Virus record (IMG/VR): IMGVR_UViG_3300022902_000007
Direction: 5' to 3' (one strand)
Length of the DNA: 64,000 bases
Source of the DNA: a virus
In this document: in pieces, positions 49,201-58,500 of the stretch
How positions within the stretch are numbered: the first letter of the stretch is position 1
Layout: each line of letters opens with the position of its first letter
Notes under the pieces: generated by a model
Told to the model about the DNA's origin: nothing
What the model saw: only the letters and a program-made list of their open reading frames with translations
Databases searched by the model: none
Translations under genes and position numbers: made by a program

Positions 49201-50370
49201 ACACGTCAGTCGATGTATCAAAAAAGGGCTTCTGGACAAACAACTGATTCTGAAAATCGGATGATGGACCTGGTTGATTCTCGTCTTGAGAAGATTCAGG
49301 CTTATGATACATTCCAATCCGTACATGACAATGCGATTCAAGTACCTGGGTTATCAAGGGTTAGCCAGGGGATGTGGGCTACTGCCCAGAGAGCTTTCAG
49401 AAAGACTGTCGCTCCAGTGGAGTATCTCACTCCGTTCCGTCCTGTTCAGAAACTTCTGTACGACAGAGACAAGATGGAGGCCTATGAGTGGGAAAGACTA
49501 TACGGCGGCCCCAATGCTTTCTGGGATGCACCTCAGCGTGACTTCCTCAGACCTGCAATGTATTCTGCGTTGCACAATTTAGGCTGGGATGGTAAGCCAC
49601 TATGGAGACAAGAAGTAGATAGAGACAAAGAGTATTTTGACAAGTTGGAATTCGTCAAATGGATGAGAGCTGCAGAGTCGGCCCCGACAGGCCAAGAGCG
49701 GCGGCGAGCGCTTCTCAATGCTCAGAAGACGAAGCATGGTGTGAATCCGCAAGGCAGTCCCCTTTCTATATATGCTTCTCTTCCAGAGTCGGAAAAGAGA
49801 TTCTTTGACGCTTTTACTTTCGCGCCTGAAAAAGACCGTGAGCGTATCAAGGAAATGGTTCCTGCTGATCAGGTTCATCTCTATGAAGCCATCTGGAACA
49901 GAGTTGATTCTGGAGATCGGTCTTTGCATCCGGCATCTCCGACCTCTATTGACGAGGCATATCTCAATGCTCGGTTCCATGATTTACAAGGCTACTTCCA
50001 GCAGAATCCATTGCCGCCAGAAGACTGGTCGGGTTGGAAGAGCAATGTCGAGCTTGATGATATCCAGCTTAGATATGTAGAGAGAATCGGTCGAGATATC
50101 CACGATTACGAGATGTGGGACAGACAGAGTCGGCAGCTCACGAGAAAGCCATACCTGGAAGGCTCCGAAGACTTTTTGTTCGAGGGCCACCCTCTAACTC
50201 GTGACTCCATTGCTTCTCAAATCCATGACATGGGTAGACGTCAATCTGGCCCAGCTCCACAGCTGTCTGTTCATTCAGTTCCCGGCAGCTTGTTTGATAC
50301 ACAGGCCAGGTTCTACCATGACGACAATAGAGAAGACGTGATAGGGAGGTTGTTGAATGCCCTCGAATAA
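46243..50370 (+). CDS. tape-measure-position / ejected virion protein
   Basis: 1375 aa after the chaperones; several Gly/Ala hydrophobic helices. Confidence 0.55.
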   Translation: MSPKRWDSQENVPWNPPSHRAGKLAVAAALTGGAGYAAMNYRFSSGTAMDYAHAVIRHTGNVSPYSILNTFRGAQWLSPWLSTEAQGLSSAKDLKLSGSLPGAPGARYHHWAEEMIGDDASKEWIRKVAGSKRFQQAGLDVQPFEMLYSRGGKDTTGAGSLWARVRGGDAWQKLSGSVSLFEATPVDPKIAATRGIQQEAMNPALTGIWDAMGMSEIWGKKSYGKFSRAFRTVTEEGKPGGMSKYVPIPALLGKDIDGWQGVHRRFSTYVGGPLAQGMGRMNRLLEQTMDQLPILRNVNYAFEQQFKTGMGVQPGPASKMFARFGTRAAAVGAIGVGVAQSDWIRRHYGVGGHLAATGLTTTAITYAAHKMFNRTPLTFGVAAASAVGQLILPGFREGLVPGAITTASNLSIGKSMVGSLTFMNTYRRTLEGFLPGASDWKTSVLAGLGVAGFSYMGGSAALIKKHGYRGILPASLEKFIGVEGADFGLHADPPPTIRSLYRDEVHSIAQKRLGTEYGSIMSERGWVSFKNRKIDLALQRQGQSSGTWRGLMDELDLAWETASTKYGQFLSGELEGYPNLNNSLRSRIAKINGEFQGRTASATSKRFLAKSGTKIWHSFLGMNPAVASLREDLGVLGAKSHLGRLGLLFGAGALGWSMVTGGLLGSMEDPSELADIYSGRQHVTVKEGRAWEAGGAPFEGKKPLYSRPHNFALLMSRARQKAVWGDDEDEISPVKKFLLKNFSYELEKRTYWDRPHVVSSAAFEGIPVIGGLLASTIGQIVKPPKLMHISEWARQGPNGEIEFAHKPEYGNISYEMGGLTPGAPHSPYSSPFQAGYAAYQYNELAGLFGWALNTATKAVTGSDMFATQRPVLASAGAISSAQKAFWDLELAGALGLSEGIRRFLPRDRSEVEEYNPLINNTPSWLPDRFAYGDPYRSVDRGHVRLPGPGYSALHPELKGMDPENYPRIYRYMILADVANQSREFKQTRQSMYQKRASGQTTDSENRMMDLVDSRLEKIQAYDTFQSVHDNAIQVPGLSRVSQGMWATAQRAFRKTVAPVEYLTPFRPVQKLLYDRDKMEAYEWERLYGGPNAFWDAPQRDFLRPAMYSALHNLGWDGKPLWRQEVDRDKEYFDKLEFVKWMRAAESAPTGQERRRALLNAQKTKHGVNPQGSPLSIYASLPESEKRFFDAFTFAPEKDRERIKEMVPADQVHLYEAIWNRVDSGDRSLHPASPTSIDEAYLNARFHDLQGYFQQNPLPPEDWSGWKSNVELDDIQLRYVERIGRDIHDYEMWDRQSRQLTRKPYLEGSEDFLFEGHPLTRDSIASQIHDMGRRQSGPAPQLSVHSVPGSLFDTQARFYHDDNREDVIGRLLNALE

Positions 50371-53300
50371 CTTTGCATACCCGAGAGACACTCAGTCAGA
50401 TGTCTACACAGCCGCTTCATTTTTGAAGAGGGGTGCCAGCATTGTGCCTGCTGCAGTAGGTATCGGTATTGGTGTGAGAGCAGTACTGAGCAATACTCCA
50501 GAAGCCCTCCAGGGGCTTCCTACCAATCACTTAGGAGATGCTGGAGCTCATGTCGGCGGTGCTGTCAGAAAGATGCATCAGTACAAGACGGACAGAGGAA
50601 ACAAAATAGCCGACGAGATTATCGGAAATCTTAGAGAAGGTCTGAGAGACAAGGGGAATCTGAGGCAAGCTCTGCAGTCTTCCCACGAAGAACTAAATGC
50701 GAAGATATCAGCCATCGTTGCAGCCCTGGATGAGCCCAGTATTGCTGGGGACGGCGGAGAGCTTTTACAAAGGAGGAAGGAAGAGCTTCTGTCACTCATG
50801 AGGGAAGAGGGTGATGCAATAGATCAGAAGGCAGCCCAAATGATTGAGGACACTGTCAAGGATATCTATTCAACTGCAACGGCAGATGGTAAGAGAAGAT
50901 TTGGTGAGCATCTGACAAAGTACGAACGACTCCGTAGTCAGCTCGCTCCTCCAGATTTTGTTCACAAGTCTGGTCAATCGTTCTCGACAATAAGTGATAC
51001 AGCCAGTCTCAGCAGCAGAGCCCGTGGTCAGCTCGATTCACTGTCTGGTATGCTCAGAGGCCAAGGTCGTATTGACGTAGTCAAGCACAGTTCTGGTTCG
51101 ACTTACGCTCGTGTATACGCCTCGGATGCTGCGAATGCTCGACATATCATGGACTATCCTCTTCAGTATAGGACCATGGGTGGGGTTCCAATTATTCATA
51201 CAGGTGAGGGGCTTACGACTCCTCGTGCTGCAGATCTGCTTTACACTTCTGCAAGAAATGTGCAAGAAGCCTTTGGCGGCACAGCCAGGGGGGCAACTGT
51301 CACCCGTCAAATGGTACAGGAGAACTTACTGGGTACTGGAAAAGCCTATGATTACAGAGGCTTGCTCAGAGGAGAACTGAGAAGTCGCTTAGGAGCGGCA
51401 AGGGGGAATTTGTCAGCTGTTGAGAACATGAATGAGTTCTCTCGTCAGTATCTGGCCAACATCGACAAGGCTGCTTTCGGCCGAGGAGCTTTTGCCCAAC
51501 ACCTACAAGCCCAGACCGTAAGGACTCATTCCAGAATGACAATCACTGGCTATGAGCAGGTCTCCAAGTCTACAAGGCAGTCTCAAAGGGCAATGCTGAT
51601 GGCAGCCTCTCCTGAAGCTGAGTTGGCTCCTCATGGCTTTGGAGGAGCACGACCTTTCTTCGATCCTGCCGTTGGTCATGAGTTCACTGTGGACCCTACT
51701 GGTAGAATGTCTGCGCAGGTTGGTATCAGGCAATACAAAGGCACTGGAGCAGCGATTACTCGTATCCGGAATCCCTTCCAGACTCGTGCGATGTATCCAG
51801 CCACCATGCGTATCGATCAGGCTCTGAAGAGAACTGAGTCATTCGTCCCCGGAAACAATGTTCCTTCCACTCTTGGTAGCTCTGGTACTTATAGGCATTT
51901 CGGGCAAAACATCGAATGGGCTGATGACATGGTTCGCGGAGGGCTCAACAAGGTTGCTGTGCTGACTCCGGCGAACATGGCGATAGGTCTCGGAGAAGGA
52001 GAGTTCTACACTGGCGGACGATTCGTCGTCGAGTCTCCGATCACGAAGACTGTCTTTGATCCAGGTTCCATGAAGACCCCATCATCGAAGCTCCTCAATA
52101 GACTTGTCAGCGAGGGACAGATCAGCCTTACAAGCGGAGCAGATATCAATCAGTTCTTTGGCGAGACAAAGGGGTTTCTTGGGCTTGGCGGTTCTGGAGA
52201 AACCTATCTCACAAGGAAGCAGGGCCTAATTGGATTGAATCTGACTGCTACGCCGACACAGATTGGAGACAGAAAGGTGTGGGAGATTGTTGGTAGTGGA
52301 CGCTATCTCGAAGACCCAAAGATGTTTGGGATGCATGCGAAGGCTACCTCTCGGCGTATTGGCGCAGCAGGCTTCGGCCGTGTAAGCGGAATGGTTGGTG
52401 CTGATATACTTGGAGAGACAGGTGCACTCGGACTGGGCCGAAGTGATCTCATTGTCGGCCCTGGCAAGATGTTCAAGAAGGGGGCAGGAGGGCTCATTGA
52501 TCAGATGGCCGGAGCCATGGGACTAATGAAGAAGTTCGCTGGTCCCCAAGCTGCTTATCAGGCAGCCACCCAGGGCATGTATGATCCAGCTACTCAGATG
52601 TTCAACAAGTCTACTCTCAATGCGCTGGCTTCTGGCAACACGGGTGTGGTCCTGATGAAGACTGCTGAAAACGTTGCGAGACAGATGGCTCCTATGCAGG
52701 GGCAGATATCACCGAATGTGATGGGCCGAGTATTTGGGAGTCTTCATAGCTACGGTGGTAAGCATGGTGTCAGTCAAGACGCCCTGATGGGTATGCTTGG
52801 GCAACACTTCTCTGCTGATTACATGGCCAAGCTTGGTCCTGCTGTTCAGCAAGGTATCGGCATAACTCCTACGACTCTGTTCTCTGGGCCGACTCTCGGT
52901 TCTTGGGGCTCCACCAGAGCCTCCATGGAGCCTCGCTTTCTCGGCTTGATGCACAAGACGCTAACTGACAGCTTAGGTATGGACAGAAGCTCTGCCAATG
53001 ACATCCTCGCTGGATTCATGGCAAGGAAACCAGGTGCTGCAGATGCATTGAATGCTGCGAAATCTCTCACCAGAATGCAGGCTACCATCTCTGGTGCAAG
53101 ATCGATGCTGGATGAAGACTTGCTTCAGTCCATGAGGAGGGTCGGAGCTAAAGACTTTGCAATGGCTGGCGGCTCAGATGCGGCCATGGAGAAATTCTTG
53201 AGAAGTGTTGGCAGTGATTTTGTACTGGATTTCAGTGGCAATGAGTTTGTTGAGCGAGCCGCTCGCAAAGCTTTCCACAATAATACTTCGTTATTCATTC

Positions 53301-55546
53301 CTGGATCCGAAGCACTCAATCAGATGAACAAGGCCCTCATTAAAGGCCCCTCTGGCAATGTAGAAATCAAACCAGAATTCATCAGGAGAATGGAACGGCT
53401 CAGTGGTGTAGTCAGAGACCTCATGGGTCTCCAGGCAGGAGCCTCTGCGGATCAGATCTCCAGTCATGTCAGCAATCTCACTGGCTGGGCTCATGGAATG
53501 GATCGACTATACGGACAGACTGTTCACAACCTCGGACGTGGGAAGCTTGCTGGCTCGGCTTATGTCAGAGCACAGTCTCTCGTGTTTGGTGAGAATGGCT
53601 CTGCTGACTTCAACATGGAACAGCTGAAGAGAATGCAACAGCAATACACTGGCGCCAAGGGCCATGCTGTCTTCGTTGACTCTCAAGCGTTTCTGTCCAA
53701 GATGAGAGACTCCATATCAGCAGCTGAGAAGGAACTGCTTGGTGCTGGTGAGTTCACTGGGGGAAGAGCCAGAGGCGGAGCTGTCCGTAAGGCTGGCCTT
53801 GAGTATCGTAACTTCTTCCTCGGCTCAGAGAGAGGGATGAGAATGGGCTCAATGAGTCTCATTCAGCGGCACCCGACGTTGACGAATCCTCACATTGCTC
53901 CAACTCAAGTCTATCGTGTCGCTTCCGAGACTGGAACGACTGATGACATATTCAGGAAGTTCGTGCAGACCAGTGCCGGCAAGAAGGCCCTCGCTGAAGT
54001 ACAAGGCAAGGCTGGACAGGGGATCTCTCTTGGAAGTTTCAGTGACATGGCGAAAGTCTGGCAGACGAGGAATAGAGGAGCACGAATCAAGATCAACAAG
54101 TTCTTCCAGTCCATGGCTTCACACGTTACTGATTTCATGACCGAAGAAGGCGGTGGTAAGGTATTCTTCCCGGAGTTTGACGTCAACATTCACTATGCCG
54201 GCGGGAAACTCGAAGGTGTCAACTTCTCTCCTTGGGCTGCAGCTGGCGGTGACCACGATGCAGACATGGCAGGAATGATCTCTGTATTTTCCAAGAAAGG
54301 CCGGGAGCTCACAGGCTCTCCAGCAGCAAGAGAAAAACTTGCTCGTTCTGTCCACAGACAGACCGCCGAGGGCCTGGTCATGAGGAGTCAGATTAGTGAG
54401 GGTATTGCTCGATATGCTGGGGGACTAAGCTCTACTGCAGCCCTTTCGCCATGGGAGCAAGGGCTTGAGTCTGTCTTGAAAGAACAGGCTGGTAAGGATA
54501 TCGGTAAACTTTCTACGACTCTGGGCGCTGTTCGGCAAGGGATCTGGGCTGAAGCCAAGCCAGGCCAAGAACTCATGGCAAGACAAGCAGTCGCGTTTCT
54601 TGGTGGCGCCGAGGAAGCTACACAGATTGCCTCCAAGCACTTGAGTCGTGCTCTTGATGTTGGTAGCGTCTTGAAGGCCACACTCGATCACGCAATGCAA
54701 ACTGGAGAGATTGACAAGTTTGAAAGTCTTGTCAGGAACGTGCTACTCAAAGGCAGTCCTATTCTCGGAGAAGGAATTAGTATTGAAGGTGTCACTGCTG
54801 GGAAGGCTGGCGATATCTCTGCTCGCATGGCAGCAACAGCTGAAAGGAATCTGTCTGGCCAAGCCATTGGGTTCGGCGAAGAGTCCATTGATTTGATTCG
54901 TCGTGCTGCTGTTAGAGCTCAGCAAGAGGGATACAAGGCATCTGTCACGGCGAGGGGTATCGAGTCAGTGGTCGGTAGGCATTCTCCGCAGGCTCAAGTT
55001 GCTGCTGACGCTTTGAGAAATGACTGGAGGCTCATGGCAGCAATGGGTCCGCAGGCGGGGATAGAAGCTGTTGGAGAATTCGCGAGGCAGGTAGGGAATA
55101 GGATCAGTACCTTCAGTAGAGCCATGGACAAGCGTTTCCTCGGGCCTGCTATAGTTGGTATTGGTGCTGCAGTGGGTCTTGGGGCAATGGTCGGGAGTCC
55201 AGGTTACTCTGCTGAGCCATTGATTGCCCCGGGAGAGGTGGTCACTCCGAGAGTCAAAGATGCCGTTGCAGCTGGTAGCCTATTTGATCAAAGTGTCAAG
55301 GCTCCGATGGCAGAGAACTTTGCTTCAAGTGATCGGCTCAACATTACGGATCGTCCAATTAATCCAGGTACTGCATACTTTGAAAGACGAAACGCTTATC
55401 AAATCAGAGGTGGATTGAGGAATCGTTCTGCAATTGGTGAAGTCAGTAATTTCATTAGTGGTATCGGTGGCTCTGCTTCGATTAGAATCAATGATACTCG
55501 CAGGCCATTGACTCCGAATTACATTGACCGAATCACTTCAGAGTAA
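50357..55546 (+). CDS. putative virion RNA polymerase, single chain with beta-like and beta'-like barrel motifs
   Basis: DPKMFGMHAKA and SDLIVGP (beta DK..RHGNKG and vDiilNP-like); GRGKLAGSAY, IQRHPTL and SPWAAAGGDHDADMA (beta' GKR..SGR, NRxPTL and NADFDGD-like), in the expected order. Confidence 0.7.
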   Translation: MPSNNFAYPRDTQSDVYTAASFLKRGASIVPAAVGIGIGVRAVLSNTPEALQGLPTNHLGDAGAHVGGAVRKMHQYKTDRGNKIADEIIGNLREGLRDKGNLRQALQSSHEELNAKISAIVAALDEPSIAGDGGELLQRRKEELLSLMREEGDAIDQKAAQMIEDTVKDIYSTATADGKRRFGEHLTKYERLRSQLAPPDFVHKSGQSFSTISDTASLSSRARGQLDSLSGMLRGQGRIDVVKHSSGSTYARVYASDAANARHIMDYPLQYRTMGGVPIIHTGEGLTTPRAADLLYTSARNVQEAFGGTARGATVTRQMVQENLLGTGKAYDYRGLLRGELRSRLGAARGNLSAVENMNEFSRQYLANIDKAAFGRGAFAQHLQAQTVRTHSRMTITGYEQVSKSTRQSQRAMLMAASPEAELAPHGFGGARPFFDPAVGHEFTVDPTGRMSAQVGIRQYKGTGAAITRIRNPFQTRAMYPATMRIDQALKRTESFVPGNNVPSTLGSSGTYRHFGQNIEWADDMVRGGLNKVAVLTPANMAIGLGEGEFYTGGRFVVESPITKTVFDPGSMKTPSSKLLNRLVSEGQISLTSGADINQFFGETKGFLGLGGSGETYLTRKQGLIGLNLTATPTQIGDRKVWEIVGSGRYLEDPKMFGMHAKATSRRIGAAGFGRVSGMVGADILGETGALGLGRSDLIVGPGKMFKKGAGGLIDQMAGAMGLMKKFAGPQAAYQAATQGMYDPATQMFNKSTLNALASGNTGVVLMKTAENVARQMAPMQGQISPNVMGRVFGSLHSYGGKHGVSQDALMGMLGQHFSADYMAKLGPAVQQGIGITPTTLFSGPTLGSWGSTRASMEPRFLGLMHKTLTDSLGMDRSSANDILAGFMARKPGAADALNAAKSLTRMQATISGARSMLDEDLLQSMRRVGAKDFAMAGGSDAAMEKFLRSVGSDFVLDFSGNEFVERAARKAFHNNTSLFIPGSEALNQMNKALIKGPSGNVEIKPEFIRRMERLSGVVRDLMGLQAGASADQISSHVSNLTGWAHGMDRLYGQTVHNLGRGKLAGSAYVRAQSLVFGENGSADFNMEQLKRMQQQYTGAKGHAVFVDSQAFLSKMRDSISAAEKELLGAGEFTGGRARGGAVRKAGLEYRNFFLGSERGMRMGSMSLIQRHPTLTNPHIAPTQVYRVASETGTTDDIFRKFVQTSAGKKALAEVQGKAGQGISLGSFSDMAKVWQTRNRGARIKINKFFQSMASHVTDFMTEEGGGKVFFPEFDVNIHYAGGKLEGVNFSPWAAAGGDHDADMAGMISVFSKKGRELTGSPAAREKLARSVHRQTAEGLVMRSQISEGIARYAGGLSSTAALSPWEQGLESVLKEQAGKDIGKLSTTLGAVRQGIWAEAKPGQELMARQAVAFLGGAEEATQIASKHLSRALDVGSVLKATLDHAMQTGEIDKFESLVRNVLLKGSPILGEGISIEGVTAGKAGDISARMAATAERNLSGQAIGFGEESIDLIRRAAVRAQQEGYKASVTARGIESVVGRHSPQAQVAADALRNDWRLMAAMGPQAGIEAVGEFARQVGNRISTFSRAMDKRFLGPAIVGIGAAVGLGAMVGSPGYSAEPLIAPGEVVTPRVKDAVAAGSLFDQSVKAPMAENFASSDRLNITDRPINPGTAYFERRNAYQIRGGLRNRSAIGEVSNFISGIGGSASIRINDTRRPLTPNYIDRITSE

Positions 55547-55549
55547 TAT

Positions 55550-58500
55550 ATGACGCTTCCAATCGCCGGGGCAGTAGTTCTTCCTCGGGACATTTTTCGT
55601 GTTAACGATATAAATCTTTCCATTCCTCCCAGTCAGATCTCTGTCAGGAAGGAAGACCTCATTTGGTCATGGAAGACCCTGCGCACCAAGGCATCTACCA
55701 AGGTACCGAGTGGGCATGGAATGGTTCAGGCGTCTCTGTCAATCTATTTCACTCCAGACCTCTTGCTGGACTTGATAAGGCTGATAGTTCAGTTTAGGCA
55801 TTCTCCGTTCTGCTGGGTCGAGAATGAGTACCTGAGACAATCAATATGTCCTCACTGGCCCCTGTATCAGTCAATGGCTTTCACAATGTCGTCGATCCAT
55901 GTAGCCCCCTTTCGGGGGCATCCTGGGACTTTCATTTGTGAGATAGACCTCCGCTGGTTCAATTACTTCCCATATGCTTTCAACTATCTGTTCAGAAGAG
56001 AATGGCTCACTGAGCCTCTGAAGAATCAGAGCAACAATGTTCAGTTGTCCATTCCGACATATGGCAGAGTCGAAGGAATCGACCTTCCTGTCACTCAGAC
56101 AATCATCACGAGTCCTCAAGATCTCGCGAACGCAATAGAAGAGTATGATGTAATCTCTGGTGCAAAGAGAGATATTGTAGCAGGCTCCACAGTCCAAGAC
56201 ATGGAAGCACGGCATGGCGGCGTTGTCTTTGACAACATGCCTCTCCCGAATAGAATGGCCAAGTCAGAGGCTGTGCAAGACCCCGCTGCGTCCAACATCT
56301 ATGTCAGGTATATCAATTCTCTCATGCAAAAGAGATTGTGGGAAGGATTCGGTATTGATGCCGCCGGCGACATCATTGATGCTGTGGATGAAAGGTATTG
56401 GAGCAGATTCACTGCTGGTGAAGAACAGCCTTCGAGGACCTTCCGAATCGTCCGCCGCTTGAATGATATCTCACAGCTTCCTGCTGGAGTTGCTGATGAA
56501 TGGATAACCAAGATTCTTGCAACCACGAAGTACACTACATTCACTTGGCACCAGTATCTCTCTGTAGAGTTGCCTCCAAAACTACAGAAAGCAATGAAGG
56601 AGTTCCACACCAAGATAATTGAAGGAGAAGTGAAGAAGTTCCAATGGATGAGAGAAGAGACCCAGAAGACTCTGGATGAATGGGCCAGTAGGAAATACGG
56701 AGCATCGTATTCCTCTGGTGAGATTATTCCTGGAGCAAAGCCTGGAAACGAAGATTCTCTGAACCACTTGCCTTGGTATCCGCCCTGTAAGGCAGCTCCG
56801 GTAACATCAGTATTTACAATCACTCCTCCGTATAGGCTTCACCCAAAGCTCAACAAGTATCTTCCTCACTATGGACTTGATGTGGGTATCGCCGAAGGCA
56901 CTCCGCTGTACGCTACCAATGACGGTATTCTGTATAAGGAGGAATCCGAGGGCGGTGGACTTGGAGTCTACATCGTTCACAATCCACTTGATATGCGGAC
57001 CAGATATTTGCACATGTCTGGTTATGCTGATGAAGTGGAATCTGGAGAGACCGTGTCACGCGGGCAGTTGATTGGCTATTCGGGCAATACTGGCCGTTCC
57101 AGCGGCCCACATCTTCACTTCGAGATGAAGAAGATTTCGACTGGGCAGTTGCAAGACCCATTCATTCTGCTAACGAACCAGAGCTTCTGGAATAGCAATA
57201 CTGATTATCCTGAGGATGTCGAGGCTTCTGACTTCGGTACGGACATAGATACTGATCTGGATATAGATTCTGACGTAGACACCGATGCCCTCGGAAATGA
57301 TGTTCGAGATCCTGATGGCGACAGTCCCAATGTACCGAGTAACTCAGCAGACATAGAGAAAGGTCTTGGAGACGGCGGGGCTATCGGTCTGACAGATGAA
57401 GAGAAGCAGCTCGTAGCTGATACTTACGCTGAACTCATTGATGAGGGCTGGGTCTATTACGAGAAAGATCAGTCGGTAACCAATGTCTGGCAGCGAGCTG
57501 TATCAATAATGGTTGATACGGACTGGCTGCTTGAAAACAAGGAAGCTACTGGAGAGTTACTGTTCAAGGAAGGGGCTATTATTTCTTCCATGGCTGGTTC
57601 TCTGCAGCATGTCATTGCGAGCATCCCAATTCTCGGCCATGAGTTCCCGACTCATCAGCATCTGGGATCAATTGAGCCTAACTACATGATTGAGTTTGCT
57701 CTCCTGGATGACGGAGAGAAGAATACTGGGATCGGTACGATTGGTAAGATGTTAGAGACCATGAGAGCTTCTCTCCAGGAGAACGCTCGCACATTCAGAA
57801 TCATACCTGACTGCTGGACTCTTGCTACAGACCATTTCATCACTCGTCTCTTCGGTAGTTATTCGGAGACAGACATTCTGTTGGATGACGAAAATGGGCA
57901 AACAGAAATCAAGAAACGCTCAGCTATCTCTGCGTCTCAGACAGAGACGAAGCAGGGTAACCCCGGCTTGTCTGCGATGGTTTTTGAATTCTCGGAGACC
58001 AATCCTTACGAGACTGAGTTCATAGTAGCTGAGCCCAGCCTTGTAGACGATATAGAAGACAGAAGAAAAGAAGTACTCCATGCCTTGTATGACATGTCAC
58101 TATCGGATCCGGGCAAGACTGCAGCTATCCTCGCAATGGGGGAGATGCTCAGTGTAGACGAAATCGATTCATTCAGGCAGAATGATGAGTGGAAAGCAGC
58201 TAATGGAAGAGTGGGTGGAAAAGATCAGTCAGTAGTCACTTTCGACAATTTCTCTGTGGCCGCTGACCCGATGCTGCTGACAGCCGGAGCTGTAGGTCTG
58301 CCTCCATCGTCAACTGACCAGGTAGATCCTGTGCAAGCACTTATCGCCCAAGCTGCTGGGATCGGCACAATCGGTTATCAGGAACACCTGGACCTGATAG
58401 ACATAGATACTGCTTTGAGGAATTCTCCTGAGCTTGATCCTCTGTATGCAGAGGGAGCTGGTTTCGTTTCCGAGACACGGAACGGTGACTTCTATTTCAA

